DNA of 64,000 nt from the NCBI GenBank assembly GCA_031374925.1, contig JANMHA010000203.1, forward strand, positions 388 through 64,387. Direction: 5' to 3'. The translations under genes and the position numbers were made by a program. The notes under the pieces were generated by a model. That model was not told the DNA's origin. It saw only the letters and a program-made list of their open reading frames with translations, and searched no databases. Source of the stretch: Pirellula sp. Lineage in GTDB: Bacteria > Planctomycetota > Planctomycetia > Pirellulales > Pirellulaceae. Numbering within the stretch: position 1 is the stretch's first letter; each line of letters begins with the position of its first letter. Below, piece by piece: positions 8,450-19,083 of the stretch.

Positions 8450-9917
8450 TGCTGACTATGCCGTTCGACTTAAACGAGGGCGCTGCTTGCTTGACCATCG
8501 GCGTACGGCGATATCCGAAGAAGCCTCGTCGTTGAATCACTTCTGCAACTTCTTCCGGTACGTGTTCTATCCAGCTTGGATCACCCGCTTGGATTTGCCG
8601 CAATACTTCACGCGAGAATGTGGACAAGTTTAATGGGTTGAAGTTATCCAGTTGTTCAATGCATCCTTTGTCGACAAGGTACTCGTAGAGTTTTCTCAGT
8701 TCCGGAGCAACCTTGAGATTATCTACCAACGTCAATTCTCCCGTTTTACGATCGAGAAGAGGATAGATATAGAGTTTGAGGTCATTTTTGAATAGTCGTC
8801 CAAAGGACTCGAGGATACCGCCGTCGAGCTCAGAATAGTATTTGTTGTCGAACAGTTCGCAAAGGCTACCAACCCCCATCGTGATCCCGATCTTCTTTTT
8901 CGTGTAGCGAGCCAGATACGCCGCCAGTCGGTAGTATTCGAAGTAGTCCGAAATCAAAACGGTCATTCCGCATGCTGCGAGTAGGTCCACCCGCGCGAGG
9001 AAATCTCGCAAGTCAATATCGCCGTTTGCCTTCAAGTTACGCATTGTAATCTCAGCCAGTGTGACAACCTGATCGGCTTCCACATCCGGCTCCTGACAGA
9101 ACTTCTCATGAGCGGACCGCAGCATATCTAGGTTGACGTTGGTAAGTGGTCGGAAACTGCCTCGTTCCACCAATATTGGCTTCTTATAAAGAACTTCGGA
9201 TGGTTGGAGTACCTCACCTTTAGCCGAAAACATGGCTGCGTTGCTGAGTCCCAACTGGACAAGTCGCAAGCTCATGACCCGATTGTCCACGTTGCGGAAT
9301 GCGATGCCCGAGAATTCGATCATATCGATTTCAATGCGGCGTGTGTTGAGGTTGTCGAGGAGCGACTCGATCAATTGGTCCGGTTCGTGGTTGAGAAAGA
9401 ACGCGCCATACAACAGGTTGACTCCCGTGATACCGATGGCTTCTTGTTGGAGAGCATTTTCGGTATCGAGCATTCGAACGTGAATAATAATTTGACTGTC
9501 TTGATCCCCGGGATGGGATTGAAATCGCACACCCATCCATCCGTGGCAGTCGTTGGTCCCTTTAAAATTTCTCGCGGATACCGTGTCCGCGAAGGCGAAA
9601 AAAGCGGTCGTATCGCCGCGACTTTCTTTGAGTCGCTCGAGGTTCAGCGAATGCTCATGCTCCAGCATGTCTTCAAGTCGTTGGCGGCAGACATAGCGAT
9701 CGCATTGGCCATAAATCGCATCGCTGACAGTCATGTCATAGGCCGACATGCTCTTGGCAATTGTGCCAGCAGCTCCACCCACGCGGAAGAACCAACGAAC
9801 GACTTCTTGTCCGGCACCGATCTCGGCAAACGATCCGTAGCGGCGTGGATCAAGATTAACTGCTAATGCTTTGCGTTCGGTGTTTGGGCGTTCGGTGCTA
9901 ACGCGTTCAATCGACAT
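8445..9917 (-). CDS. Conserved protein with a C-terminal nucleotidyltransferase (NadD-like) fold
   Basis: Long ORF. VERGSFRPLTNVN resembles a degenerate GxFxPxHxGH motif, and the C-terminal STFSREVLRQI...VPEEVAEVIQRRGFF resembles NadD C-termini. Function unproven. Confidence 0.6.
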   Translation of the reverse strand: MSIERVSTERPNTERKALAVNLDPRRYGSFAEIGAGQEVVRWFFRVGGAAGTIAKSMSAYDMTVSDAIYGQCDRYVCRQRLEDMLEHEHSLNLERLKESRGDTTAFFAFADTVSARNFKGTNDCHGWMGVRFQSHPGDQDSQIIIHVRMLDTENALQQEAIGITGVNLLYGAFFLNHEPDQLIESLLDNLNTRRIEIDMIEFSGIAFRNVDNRVMSLRLVQLGLSNAAMFSAKGEVLQPSEVLYKKPILVERGSFRPLTNVNLDMLRSAHEKFCQEPDVEADQVVTLAEITMRNLKANGDIDLRDFLARVDLLAACGMTVLISDYFEYYRLAAYLARYTKKKIGITMGVGSLCELFDNKYYSELDGGILESFGRLFKNDLKLYIYPLLDRKTGELTLVDNLKVAPELRKLYEYLVDKGCIEQLDNFNPLNLSTFSREVLRQIQAGDPSWIEHVPEEVAEVIQRRGFFGYRRTPMVKQAAPSFKSNGIVST

Positions 9918-10134
9918 GTTCTTGAATCCAGGAAGGAAATCGGTACATAATTGGCCTAGAAATATCGGCCACAACCCAGCCGATGGCTGGCAAACCTTGT
10001 GGGTCAGGTCAAGATTTCTGACAGTACAGCGTTACAATCATTCGAATCGACATAACCGATATCCCGCCTTGTGGTTAGAATCGTTAGAGTCTCTTTGCCG
10101 GAGTAAATGACAAGTAATAAAGTAGGTTCAAACG

Positions 10135-13100
10135 ATGAAGTCCATTCTTGTTTTGCTGGTAACTCTGTTATTTCGACCGATAGCCCTGATAGCAGAAGCC
10201 ACTCTTGACTCGTCCGACACGGCGGTTGCCGCTTCTTCCGAAACTGTCACCGACACCGTGGTGGACGCTCCGCTATCACCCGAAGAAGCGGCCGCGTCCA
10301 TGATCGTTCCGAAGGGTTTCAACGTCACGTTGTTTGCAGGTGAACCAGACGTACAACAGCCAATTGGGTTCTGCTTCGATGATCGTGGAAGATTGTGGGT
10401 CGCCGAAGCGTACAACTATCCAAATCACGGAACGAAGCCAGGTGACCGAATCATCATCCTCGAAGACACCGATGGTGACGGGAAATTTGACAAACGGAAA
10501 GTCTTCTATGATGGGCTCAATTATGTGACCGGTATCGAGGTAGGATTCGGTGGCGCTTGGGTCATGTCACCTCCCAACTTTTATTTCATAGCGGACCGCG
10601 ATGCCAACGACGTGCCGGACGCTCAACCACAGGTACTCTTAGATGGCTTCGGGAACCATGCAAACAGCCACAATCTAGCAAATGGTTTCGCTTGGGGCCC
10701 GGATGGATGGTTGTACGGTACGCATGGACGCACCAATTGGTCGCGAATTGCCAAGCCCGGTACTCCAGATTCGAAGCGAATTCAGTTCGACGGAGGTGTT
10801 TATCGTTACCATCCCGTTCGGCACGTCTGGGAACCGTTCGCGGATGGGACAACCAATCCCTGGGGGATCGATTGGAATGACGTCGGCGAGGGATTCGTAA
10901 CCAATTGTGTCAACCCTCATCTGTTCCATGTCATCCAGGGAGCGCACTACGAACCCTGGCGAAATCGAGAATCGAGCCGTTACGCTTACGAAAGGATTCC
11001 TACCATCGCGGATCATTTGCACTTTGTAGGAGGGCCTAACTTTCACGAGGGACTGGGCAGCCCAGCCGAAGATGCTGCGGGCGGTGGGCGCGCGCACTGC
11101 GGCACGATGGTCTACCTTGGGGACAATTGGCCAGACCAATATCGAAACTCAGTTTTCACGAACAACATCCACGGAAAGCGAGTCAATAACGACTTGTTGA
11201 CTCGCTCTGGATCGGGTTTTGTTGCTTCGCATGGCGCGGACATTTTGCGTTCTCGCGATCCATGGCACATGGGAGTCACCATTCAATATGGCCCTGACGG
11301 AGGTGTCTTTGTAAGCGATTGGTCGGACACAGGCGAATGCCATAGCACTCGGAATACGCGTCGTGAGACGGGACGCATCTTTAAGGTCACGTACGGGAAG
11401 CCCACTTTTGTGCCGGTCGATATTGCAAGCTTGGCTGATGACGAACTTGTCAAATTGCAAACGCATCACAATGATTGGCATGTTCGACACTCCCGTCGCG
11501 TTTTGCAAGAACGAGCCGCACAGGGGAAACGCATGGACCGCGTCCGACAGGATCTTCTTACTTTGTTCCAGCAATCCGTTGAAGTTCCGATCCGACTAAG
11601 AGCGCTTTGGGCACTGCGAGTCATCGATGGCATCGACGAACCATTCTTGATCGAGCAGCTTGCCCATGAAAGCGAATATGTTCGAGCCTGGTCCATCCGG
11701 TTCTTGTGCGAAAGCACCCAGCCATCAGCCATCGCACTCAGTCGTTTCGTCGAATTGGCGTCCAAGGATGCATCGCCCCTGGTTAGGTTGTATTTGTCTA
11801 GTGGGCTGCAACGCTTGAAGCTAGATGACCGCTGGGCAATCGCGATTGCATTGTTGCAACACGCAGAAGATGCAGAGGATATGAATCTACCGCTAATGCA
11901 TTGGTATGCGATCGAACCGCTAGTGGACACGGATCTACAACGGTTTGTCGAGATGGCCACTGCCAGCCGTATCCCTATGGTTCGAAATCACATCGCACGA
12001 CGCGTCGCATCCCATGGACAGTCCGCTACAGGCCTCAACGCTTTGTCGCAAATCCTTGTCAATTGCGATGATCACTTAATTCAACTTGACCTATTGACTG
12101 GAATGATGCTTGGCCTGGAAGGGCGTCGAACCATTGACATGCCAGCCAGTTGGACATCGGCATTCTCGAGGCTGGAAGCCAGCGCTGATAGGAAGGTTCG
12201 ACAGGCTTCGATCGAATTGGCGCTTCTGTTCGGTGATCCGCGTGCACTAGAGTCGTTGCGAAAAATTGCGGTGGATCGATCGGTTCTTCCCAAGGATCGG
12301 AATCGTGCTTTGCATTCGCTCGTCGCCAAGAAAGCAACCGATGTGGCCACGCTTCTCGTTCAACTGCTGGGCGATCCGGACGTCCGGAGAGAGGCTATCC
12401 GGGGCCTTGCCGAATTTGATCAAGCGGCCATGCCTCGCCTGCTAATCGATAAATATGCATCTTTTGATAGCGAAACCCGTCAGGATGCGTTGCAGACTTT
12501 GGCATCGCGCGTCGCGTGGGGTGCGAGTTTGATGCGAGCCGTCGAATCGGATCAAATCCCGAGAAAGGATGTTTCTGCTTTTACTGCTCGACAGCTGCAA
12601 AGTTTGGGTGATCCCCAATTGAGTGAGCGCATCGCAAAGATTTGGGGCGAAATGCGAACCACATCCGCTGACAAAGCACAACTAATCACAAAGTACCGTA
12701 AGCTTTTGACGCAAGAAAGCATAAAGAAGGCGAACCTGAGCACAGGCAGGGACCTTTTCCAGAAAAACTGTGCGAACTGCCACCGACTGTTTGGCATAGG
12801 GGGCACGATCGGTCCCGAGATAACAGGAGCCCAACGCACAAACGTCGAGTACATGTTGGAAAATCTAGTCGATCCAAGCGCGGCGGTTGCCAAAGACTTT
12901 CAAATGGAACTAGTGCAAACCGAAGCCGGTCGCGTGATTACTGGTTTGGTAGTCGATGAGAGCGAAATCGCTTTGACCATCCAAACGGCCAACGAACGAT
13001 TGGTCGTACCGAAGTCAGAGATCGAGCTCCGATCGCTATCCAAGGTTTCGATGATGCCGGATGGCTTGCTTCAAACATTGACCAACGATCAAGTTCGAGA

Positions 13101-13146
13101 TCTCGTCGGATATTTGGCGAGCCCCACTCAAGTTGAGTTGAAATAG
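10135..13146 (+). CDS. PVC-type membrane-associated dehydrogenase-like protein with HEAT repeats and a C-terminal cytochrome c
   Basis: VPKGFNVTLFAGEPDVQQP...FDDRGRLWVAE and WGPDGWLYG beta-propeller motifs, HEAT-like repeats, then CANCH...IGPEIT...SMMPDGL. Confidence 0.92.
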   Translation: MKSILVLLVTLLFRPIALIAEATLDSSDTAVAASSETVTDTVVDAPLSPEEAAASMIVPKGFNVTLFAGEPDVQQPIGFCFDDRGRLWVAEAYNYPNHGTKPGDRIIILEDTDGDGKFDKRKVFYDGLNYVTGIEVGFGGAWVMSPPNFYFIADRDANDVPDAQPQVLLDGFGNHANSHNLANGFAWGPDGWLYGTHGRTNWSRIAKPGTPDSKRIQFDGGVYRYHPVRHVWEPFADGTTNPWGIDWNDVGEGFVTNCVNPHLFHVIQGAHYEPWRNRESSRYAYERIPTIADHLHFVGGPNFHEGLGSPAEDAAGGGRAHCGTMVYLGDNWPDQYRNSVFTNNIHGKRVNNDLLTRSGSGFVASHGADILRSRDPWHMGVTIQYGPDGGVFVSDWSDTGECHSTRNTRRETGRIFKVTYGKPTFVPVDIASLADDELVKLQTHHNDWHVRHSRRVLQERAAQGKRMDRVRQDLLTLFQQSVEVPIRLRALWALRVIDGIDEPFLIEQLAHESEYVRAWSIRFLCESTQPSAIALSRFVELASKDASPLVRLYLSSGLQRLKLDDRWAIAIALLQHAEDAEDMNLPLMHWYAIEPLVDTDLQRFVEMATASRIPMVRNHIARRVASHGQSATGLNALSQILVNCDDHLIQLDLLTGMMLGLEGRRTIDMPASWTSAFSRLEASADRKVRQASIELALLFGDPRALESLRKIAVDRSVLPKDRNRALHSLVAKKATDVATLLVQLLGDPDVRREAIRGLAEFDQAAMPRLLIDKYASFDSETRQDALQTLASRVAWGASLMRAVESDQIPRKDVSAFTARQLQSLGDPQLSERIAKIWGEMRTTSADKAQLITKYRKLLTQESIKKANLSTGRDLFQKNCANCHRLFGIGGTIGPEITGAQRTNVEYMLENLVDPSAAVAKDFQMELVQTEAGRVITGLVVDESEIALTIQTANERLVVPKSEIELRSLSKVSMMPDGLLQTLTNDQVRDLVGYLASPTQVELK

Positions 13147-13176
13147 CTTAGAACTCACGACTTGCGATACCGTCTT

Positions 13177-14472
13177 TCATTTGGGCGCGAGGCATTCCAG
13201 GACTCGCTCCGCATGTTTCTTGATATCGATTTCTTCAAGTATCTTTTTGGAGACGGTTTCCAATTTAACATTGGACTGGACGGCTTCGAACAGTTTGTTG
13301 GAAAGATCGTCGATCGAATCCGCTTGAAACAAGGTACCGATGCGGCGGCCTTCGGCGATCTCAAGGACGCGTCGGTGCAATTCAGGAAATGCTCCGTGGT
13401 CCGGTTGGACATACGGCACGCCTGCGGCGATGGCTTCTAATAGAAACAATCCTTTCGGTTCGGTGTAGGTGGTTGGCACACAGAACAAATGGATCGAGCT
13501 TAGAAACTTGGCTTTCTCCCCGCGATCGATGCTGCCGAGATATTCCCATCGATCATTCAGGCCGGATCGGTTCAGTTTGGCTTTCTGCTCCTCCCAAAAT
13601 TCCGTGTGCTGCGGTCCCATCCATCCTGCTAATTTCAATTTAGTATGCCTCGCCTCGGGTCGGTGAGCGATCGCAATAAATGCATCCACCAAACGGTGAA
13701 GTCCCTTTTCGGGTGCCATACGAGCGAGGTAACCAATGGAGAACGACTCTGGAGGCGTAACCGCTCGGCCGATTTCTCGAAAATCGGTTGTGTCGATGCC
13801 CAGTGGGACAATGTGGATCTTGTTGGATGGTATTTGCAACAACGAGGACATGCGGTCGGCGTAGTCTTCAGAGTGGATCAGAAAGCCATCGATCTTGGGA
13901 ACCAAGCCTCGCATCAATTCAATAGCCCTTGTTCGGAACTTGATTGGGAGGGAGTCCAGGAAGATGTCGTCACCTTGAAGTGTGACAAAGACTTGCGTCG
14001 TGCCCATTCGTTTTACCTCAGGAATGCCTCCTCCGACCAAAAGGTTGGTGAAGATCATTACGTCCGGTTGGATATCGCGTGAAAGCCACTGAAGTAGACT
14101 TCGAAATTCTTTACGTTGCCGACCTTGTGTTCCACGCAGCATGGAGATGGTCAACGCGCCAAGCAATGAGGGAGATGTCTTTCCCGCATTTTTGGTAAGC
14201 GGGTTGATGATCCAGGATTGATTGAGAAAGCTATCCATCCATCTTGGCATGTAGCCCAACCAAGGCATCCTTTGTTGTAGGTAAACGTTGATGCCTCCCA
14301 TGAATACGCGATCGATGCTGACGTCTAGGTCGTCTGTGCGGATTGGCGTGTATGCGGGGATTAGAATGCAATCGTGGCCTAAACGAATGAGCGATTTGGC
14401 GAGCGCATTGTCGTGCAGGCAAGAGCCGCAAATCATTCCGGCCGCTCCGGCGGTCAGGTATGCGATTTTCAT
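13177..14472 (-). CDS. Glycosyltransferase family 4
   Basis: IGYLARMAPEKG, EPKGLFLLEAIAAGVP and VPLGID; N-terminal GMICGSCLHDN. Confidence 0.88.
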   Translation of the reverse strand: MKIAYLTAGAAGMICGSCLHDNALAKSLIRLGHDCILIPAYTPIRTDDLDVSIDRVFMGGINVYLQQRMPWLGYMPRWMDSFLNQSWIINPLTKNAGKTSPSLLGALTISMLRGTQGRQRKEFRSLLQWLSRDIQPDVMIFTNLLVGGGIPEVKRMGTTQVFVTLQGDDIFLDSLPIKFRTRAIELMRGLVPKIDGFLIHSEDYADRMSSLLQIPSNKIHIVPLGIDTTDFREIGRAVTPPESFSIGYLARMAPEKGLHRLVDAFIAIAHRPEARHTKLKLAGWMGPQHTEFWEEQKAKLNRSGLNDRWEYLGSIDRGEKAKFLSSIHLFCVPTTYTEPKGLFLLEAIAAGVPYVQPDHGAFPELHRRVLEIAEGRRIGTLFQADSIDDLSNKLFEAVQSNVKLETVSKKILEEIDIKKHAERVLECLAPK

Positions 14473-15077
14473 AATGGTTCTTGGATCCTTAGCAGCATCG
14501 GAAGGTAGGGAAACTTTAACGACTGCTCAAAGATTCCGGTTGGGTATTGGGTGAATGGGTAATCTATACTATCGCACGATCCGCATGTTTCGGAGGATCC
14601 GGTTCATCGTTAAAATTGACGTAAACTCTTATCAGCCATCATTTTTCAAAAAATGGAATGGCTTGCTCAAGGGTATTTCATCGACTGGCCGATACCTTTC
14701 CACAACGACGCATCTTACCTTGGTTGTACGTGCAGCTGAGAGGGAAAGATGCGATCCAATGAATTGCCGGTGACCCAGAAACTGATCGAGTAACAGGAAT
14801 ACTCGACCGGCAACTATTGTGTTGTTTCAAAGGACTGAGGGGTCGTTTGGAACACGATGGAAAACGGAAAAATGGTTGCTTTACATGACGGCAACCATTT
14901 TGGAAACGAGGCTAACGAAGTCAATGGCGGTGAGTGAAAGCTCATCGCACAATGCCACGCCAGTAGAGGGCGATTTCGGCGGCGACTTCGTGCGCCGAAA
15001 CCGGTCTCAACTCAACCGTTCAAGTCGACTTGTACATGATAGTCAGTGACAATATATACGTAGGGAGATTTGGCTCG

Positions 15078-15911
15078 ATGAAATTGAACATACTAGTAGG
15101 GTCGATGTTACTGAGCGCTAGCCTCTGTGGACAGAGCTTTGGCGGCGACCTATTGCATCGTTTGCTCGGTGGTCACGGCTGTGGAGCTTCCAGCTCCTGC
15201 TGCGATACATCGGTTGCCGATCCATCTTGTGGAGCCGAAATGGCTGCACCGTGTGGATCAGGTTGTGCTGCAGCACCAAGCTGTGCACCAAGCTGTGGAC
15301 CAAGCTGTGGCGCTGAAATCGCTTCATGCGATCCATGCGGCGCTCCAAGCTGCGGAGTTGAAAGCTCGTGCTGCGGACCTCGCAGACCGATCCTTTCGGC
15401 TCTCAAAGCTAAGCTATGCGGTCTGAAGAGCAAGCTTTCTTGCAAATCAGCTTGTGCACCAAGCTGTGGCGCTGAGACAGCTTGCAGCCCTTGCGGAGCA
15501 CCAGCATGTGGCGCAGGCCCAAGCTGTGGCGCTGAAATGGCACATTGCGGATCCGGTTGTGGCGCAGCTCCAAGCTGCGGACCAAGTTGCGGCGCTGAAA
15601 TCTCCGCCTGTGATCCTTGCGGAGCTCCATCCTGCGACAGCGGATGTGGCATCAAACGCAAGCATGGCGGTTTGCTCGCTAAGATTTTCAAGTGCAAAAG
15701 CAACAGTTGCTGCGACGCGGCTCCAAGCTGCGATTCAGGTTGCAGCTCTTGCGGCGGAACAGCTCCAAGCGGATGCAGCTCGTGTGGCGGTACAGCAGTA
15801 TCGGCACCAATGGCTGCTCCAATGGCTGCACCAGCACCAGTTGTTGACCCACATGCTTACATGAACACCAAGCGTCATGTCATTCAAGCAAGCAGCACCC
15901 GAATTCGTTAA
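15078..15911 (+). CDS. Secreted Cys/Gly/Ala/Pro/Ser-rich repetitive protein
   Basis: AGGGAG ribosome-binding site, signal peptide, about 39 Cys in 277 aa, PSCGAE repeats, own terminator downstream. Confidence 0.85.
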   Translation: MKLNILVGSMLLSASLCGQSFGGDLLHRLLGGHGCGASSSCCDTSVADPSCGAEMAAPCGSGCAAAPSCAPSCGPSCGAEIASCDPCGAPSCGVESSCCGPRRPILSALKAKLCGLKSKLSCKSACAPSCGAETACSPCGAPACGAGPSCGAEMAHCGSGCGAAPSCGPSCGAEISACDPCGAPSCDSGCGIKRKHGGLLAKIFKCKSNSCCDAAPSCDSGCSSCGGTAPSGCSSCGGTAVSAPMAAPMAAPAPVVDPHAYMNTKRHVIQASSTRIR

Positions 15912-15950
15912 TTCGAATCCAGGACAGCTTGTCGTCAGACATGATCTAAG

Positions 15951-15993
15951 AAAAATCGGCTCGTCACAAATTGTGGCGGGCCGATTTTTTTTT
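15951..15993 (+). terminator. Intrinsic terminator
   Basis: aaaaatcggctcgtcacaa-a-ttgtggcgggccgattttttttt hairpin followed by a T-run. Confidence 0.85.
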
Positions 15994-16054
15994 GTTCCCG
16001 TTCATTTGAAAGCGACCCGCGGTTTATCACCGTTTATCACCCCAGGCAGACATC

Positions 16055-16798
16055 ATGCGGATTCATCCAGCCGAGTTCATTGACTTGCCTACCCCTTTCG
16101 GGACAATGCGAACGCACCTGTTCCGACCGAAAGGGGCAGACAAGGTTCCGGCAGTTATGTTGTTTTCCGAAATTTATCAAATGACCGGTCCGATCGCACG
16201 CACTGCCGCATTTGTGGCGGGGCACGGTTTTTTGGTCGCCGTTCCCGAGGTCTACCATGAATTCGCAACTCCAGGCGAAGTTTTTGCCTATGACCAACAA
16301 GGCACCGAGCGTGGCAATAGGCTTAAGACCACGAAAGAACTGGCCAGTTATGACGCCGATGCGGTTGCCCTCATCGAGTCCCTTTGTCAAATGCCCGGAT
16401 GCAACGGCAAGATCGCCACGTTGGGTATATGTTTGGGAGGTCATTTAGCCTTTCGGGCTGCCATGAATGCTAAGGTCCAGGCGGGAGTTTGCTTCTACGC
16501 TACGGATATTCACAAGCGTAGTCTAGGCAAGGGCATCAACGACAATACGATGGACCGCATGCCTGAAATCCAAGCCGAGATGATGATGGTTTGGGGACGC
16601 CAGGATCCGCACATTCCACTCGAAGGCCGACGGAGCATTTACGACGCCATGACGGATGCCAAAGTAAACTTCACGTGGCATGAGTTCAATGGTGAACATG
16701 CGTTTTTGCGCGACGAAGGTCCTCGGTATGATCCGGCTCTGTCGCAAATCCTATTCCCGATGGTATTTGATTTGTTCCATCGGCGACTTCGCAGTTAG
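16055..16798 (+). CDS. Dienelactone hydrolase family protein
   Basis: GICLGG nucleophile motif, GRQDPHIP, EHAF. Confidence 0.92.
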   Translation: MRIHPAEFIDLPTPFGTMRTHLFRPKGADKVPAVMLFSEIYQMTGPIARTAAFVAGHGFLVAVPEVYHEFATPGEVFAYDQQGTERGNRLKTTKELASYDADAVALIESLCQMPGCNGKIATLGICLGGHLAFRAAMNAKVQAGVCFYATDIHKRSLGKGINDNTMDRMPEIQAEMMMVWGRQDPHIPLEGRRSIYDAMTDAKVNFTWHEFNGEHAFLRDEGPRYDPALSQILFPMVFDLFHRRLRS

Positions 16799-16844
16799 AC
16801 GCTACGCCTGTTGGTGTCATTTCCGGAACACTCTTTACTAGTTA

Positions 16845-17384
16845 CTAGCCGTCTATCCACAGTTTCCACGGTCCGATTGGGCCACCAGAAGAGTCTGGTT
16901 GCGGTAGCAATCCGAGAGGTCCCGAATGCGCGCTCTGCAATGCCAACTCATTGATTTCTTTGGCAAGTGCAGGGCGCTTCTGCAACTGAAGTTCCAGTTC
17001 CGTTCGTAACGGTTCTGGGCCACTCAACACGAGTTGATCTTTTCCATTGGCGGAAATCGAGATGCTATCAAACTCGTTCGATTTGGATGCCAAGCCGTAG
17101 CGTGCTCGCGATTCCCTTACCAATTTGGATAGGTAACTTCGGATCGACTCAACTCGATCCGACCAAGTCTTTTCTTCGCTACTTGCTTTTGGATTCTGGT
17201 TTTGTTGAGACTGAGCCGAGAGGCCATTGTCCACTCGAGTTGGTTTGTTTGACGGTGATGGGTTTGTCTGCAGCAGTTCGCCAAAGAAATGGCTGGCCGA
17301 GGTCGCCGCGATATCCGCGCTCTTCTTTAATGCTTGACTGACTGGAATCGCCCCGGCGACTACCCACGATACAGGTAGATTCAT
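16845..17384 (-). CDS. Hypothetical protein
   Basis: About 180-aa ORF filling the gap between genes; no recognisable motif; start uncertain. Confidence 0.55.
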   Translation of the reverse strand: MNLPVSWVVAGAIPVSQALKKSADIAATSASHFFGELLQTNPSPSNKPTRVDNGLSAQSQQNQNPKASSEEKTWSDRVESIRSYLSKLVRESRARYGLASKSNEFDSISISANGKDQLVLSGPEPLRTELELQLQKRPALAKEINELALQSAHSGPLGLLPQPDSSGGPIGPWKLWIDG

Positions 17385-17718
17385 CCAATACCTCAATCGA
17401 TTTTTTTGATTCCATCACTCGCGTAACCAACGGTATGAATAACAAATACCAGACACGTAAAAGTTGACTCGGCAATTTGGTCCAAGTGCGATGAGTCTTT
17501 CTTCTAGGAAATCTCTTCCTTATCTGTATTAGCTAGCAATTCAGACAGGAAAGTAGAATTATTGCTGCTTTTGATTCAATAGACCTTGCTGGTTATTCCG
17601 ATCAATTGCTTTGTGCCTAGGGGGAAGAGGTATATGTGCGATGGAGCTACTGCGGTGCCTAGCAGTAGCTCCTTGCACATGTTTTTGTTGCGACCGACAA
17701 ACTCTTTCCCAAATCAAA

Positions 17719-19032
17719 ATGAACCAACATTCACGTCATCCTTCGGCAACTGACGGTCTCCTTGACGGGACTGGCACACGCGAATCCGTTGGTGCTCGCG
17801 TTTGCTTGGCTATCGTATCTTGTTTTGCATGCGTTTCGTTAGCCGATTACCGCTTTCTGCGAGCCATTGCAGTACTCTGTGTCGCATGCCTGTCTGGATG
17901 CAATTTTATTCCGGACATCAAACACAAGCCCCAGTTCCACAATCCGTTTCCGCAGATTAGCAAAGTGGCGGTTCTTCCGTTTCGCAATCAAAGTCAAGAG
18001 CCAACGTTGAGCGGCGCTCGAGTCTCCTTGGCATATTACAATGAATTGCAGTCGATTCGTGGTTTTGAAGTCGTACCTTGCGGCGTAGTGGAGAATCAAC
18101 TGGCGTACTTTGAAATGAATGTTCTCCGACGTCCCATAATGTCGCCAGTAGATTTCCAGCAGTTCGCCAAACACTTGGGTGTCGACGCCGTTTTGCAAGG
18201 TGCGATCACGGATTACGATGCTTACTATCCGCCGCGAATGACGATGAAAGTGAATTGGTACGCCGCGAATCCAGGATTCCACCCAATTCCTGTTGGATAT
18301 GGTTTGCCATGGGGAACCAAGAAGGAAAAGAAGATTCCCGAGTGGATTCGACTTGAATCGGAGCGTGAATTGGCTGCCGAACAAATGAAAACGCAGACTC
18401 CAGAGGAGGTCGAGCCAGCTTCGCGGGAAGAAATGCCTCCAGATCCGATGACACCCGAAGTAGCAATCAGCTCAAACAGCAAGCCCAGCTCAATCAGCAA
18501 ACAAGAGCGAATCACGGCAGCTCGAATCGAATTACCAATCACTTCTGTCCCTAACGAAGACGAAGACTACGCGCCGCCAGTTGTGCAAGCGCCTGCACTA
18601 CAGGAGCCAAGTAAGATGCCGGAATCTGTTGTGGGGTTGGCTGTGAGAGAACCCAAGTTATCTCAATCAGGAAGTGAACCATCTCAAGGATTGGAAAACA
18701 CGGCTTTGCCAGCAAATTGGCCGGATCCCCAAGGCTTTATTCCGAAGAAACCAACACCTCAGCCGCCAGGAATGAAGGCTCAAACCGAGCCGATCATTTC
18801 ACATATGCGCACCTATAACGGAAATGACGAAGATTTCACCCATGCACTTGGGGAGTACTTTTACTTTCGTGACGACGCTCGGTTTGGTGGTTGGCAAGCG
18901 TATCTCCAACGCAGCGAAGACTTTATAAGATTTTGCTGCCACCAGCATATCGTGGAAACCCTCGAATCTCGCGGAGGATCGTTGGAAAGTCGAATGATCC
19001 TTCGATGGCCTGTCGGTCGATACGAACGCTAA
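17719..19032 (+). CDS. Putative lipoprotein with a CsgG/TolB-N-like domain and a Pro/Glu-rich linker
   Basis: Lipobox-like LSGC; VAVLPFRNQS...FEVV...AKHLGVDAVLQGAITDY pattern. Start uncertain. Confidence 0.7.
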   Translation: MNQHSRHPSATDGLLDGTGTRESVGARVCLAIVSCFACVSLADYRFLRAIAVLCVACLSGCNFIPDIKHKPQFHNPFPQISKVAVLPFRNQSQEPTLSGARVSLAYYNELQSIRGFEVVPCGVVENQLAYFEMNVLRRPIMSPVDFQQFAKHLGVDAVLQGAITDYDAYYPPRMTMKVNWYAANPGFHPIPVGYGLPWGTKKEKKIPEWIRLESERELAAEQMKTQTPEEVEPASREEMPPDPMTPEVAISSNSKPSSISKQERITAARIELPITSVPNEDEDYAPPVVQAPALQEPSKMPESVVGLAVREPKLSQSGSEPSQGLENTALPANWPDPQGFIPKKPTPQPPGMKAQTEPIISHMRTYNGNDEDFTHALGEYFYFRDDARFGGWQAYLQRSEDFIRFCCHQHIVETLESRGGSLESRMILRWPVGRYER

Positions 19033-19083
19033 CTGCTCCGGGCACGAGCAGACTAGTTTGGTATCCAGGCACGGAGGTTCGGG

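Noticed and set aside
15173-15703. 176-aa minus-strand ORF with APQLG repeats
   Set aside because: Antisense of the Cys-rich gene, which has the RBS, signal peptide and terminator.
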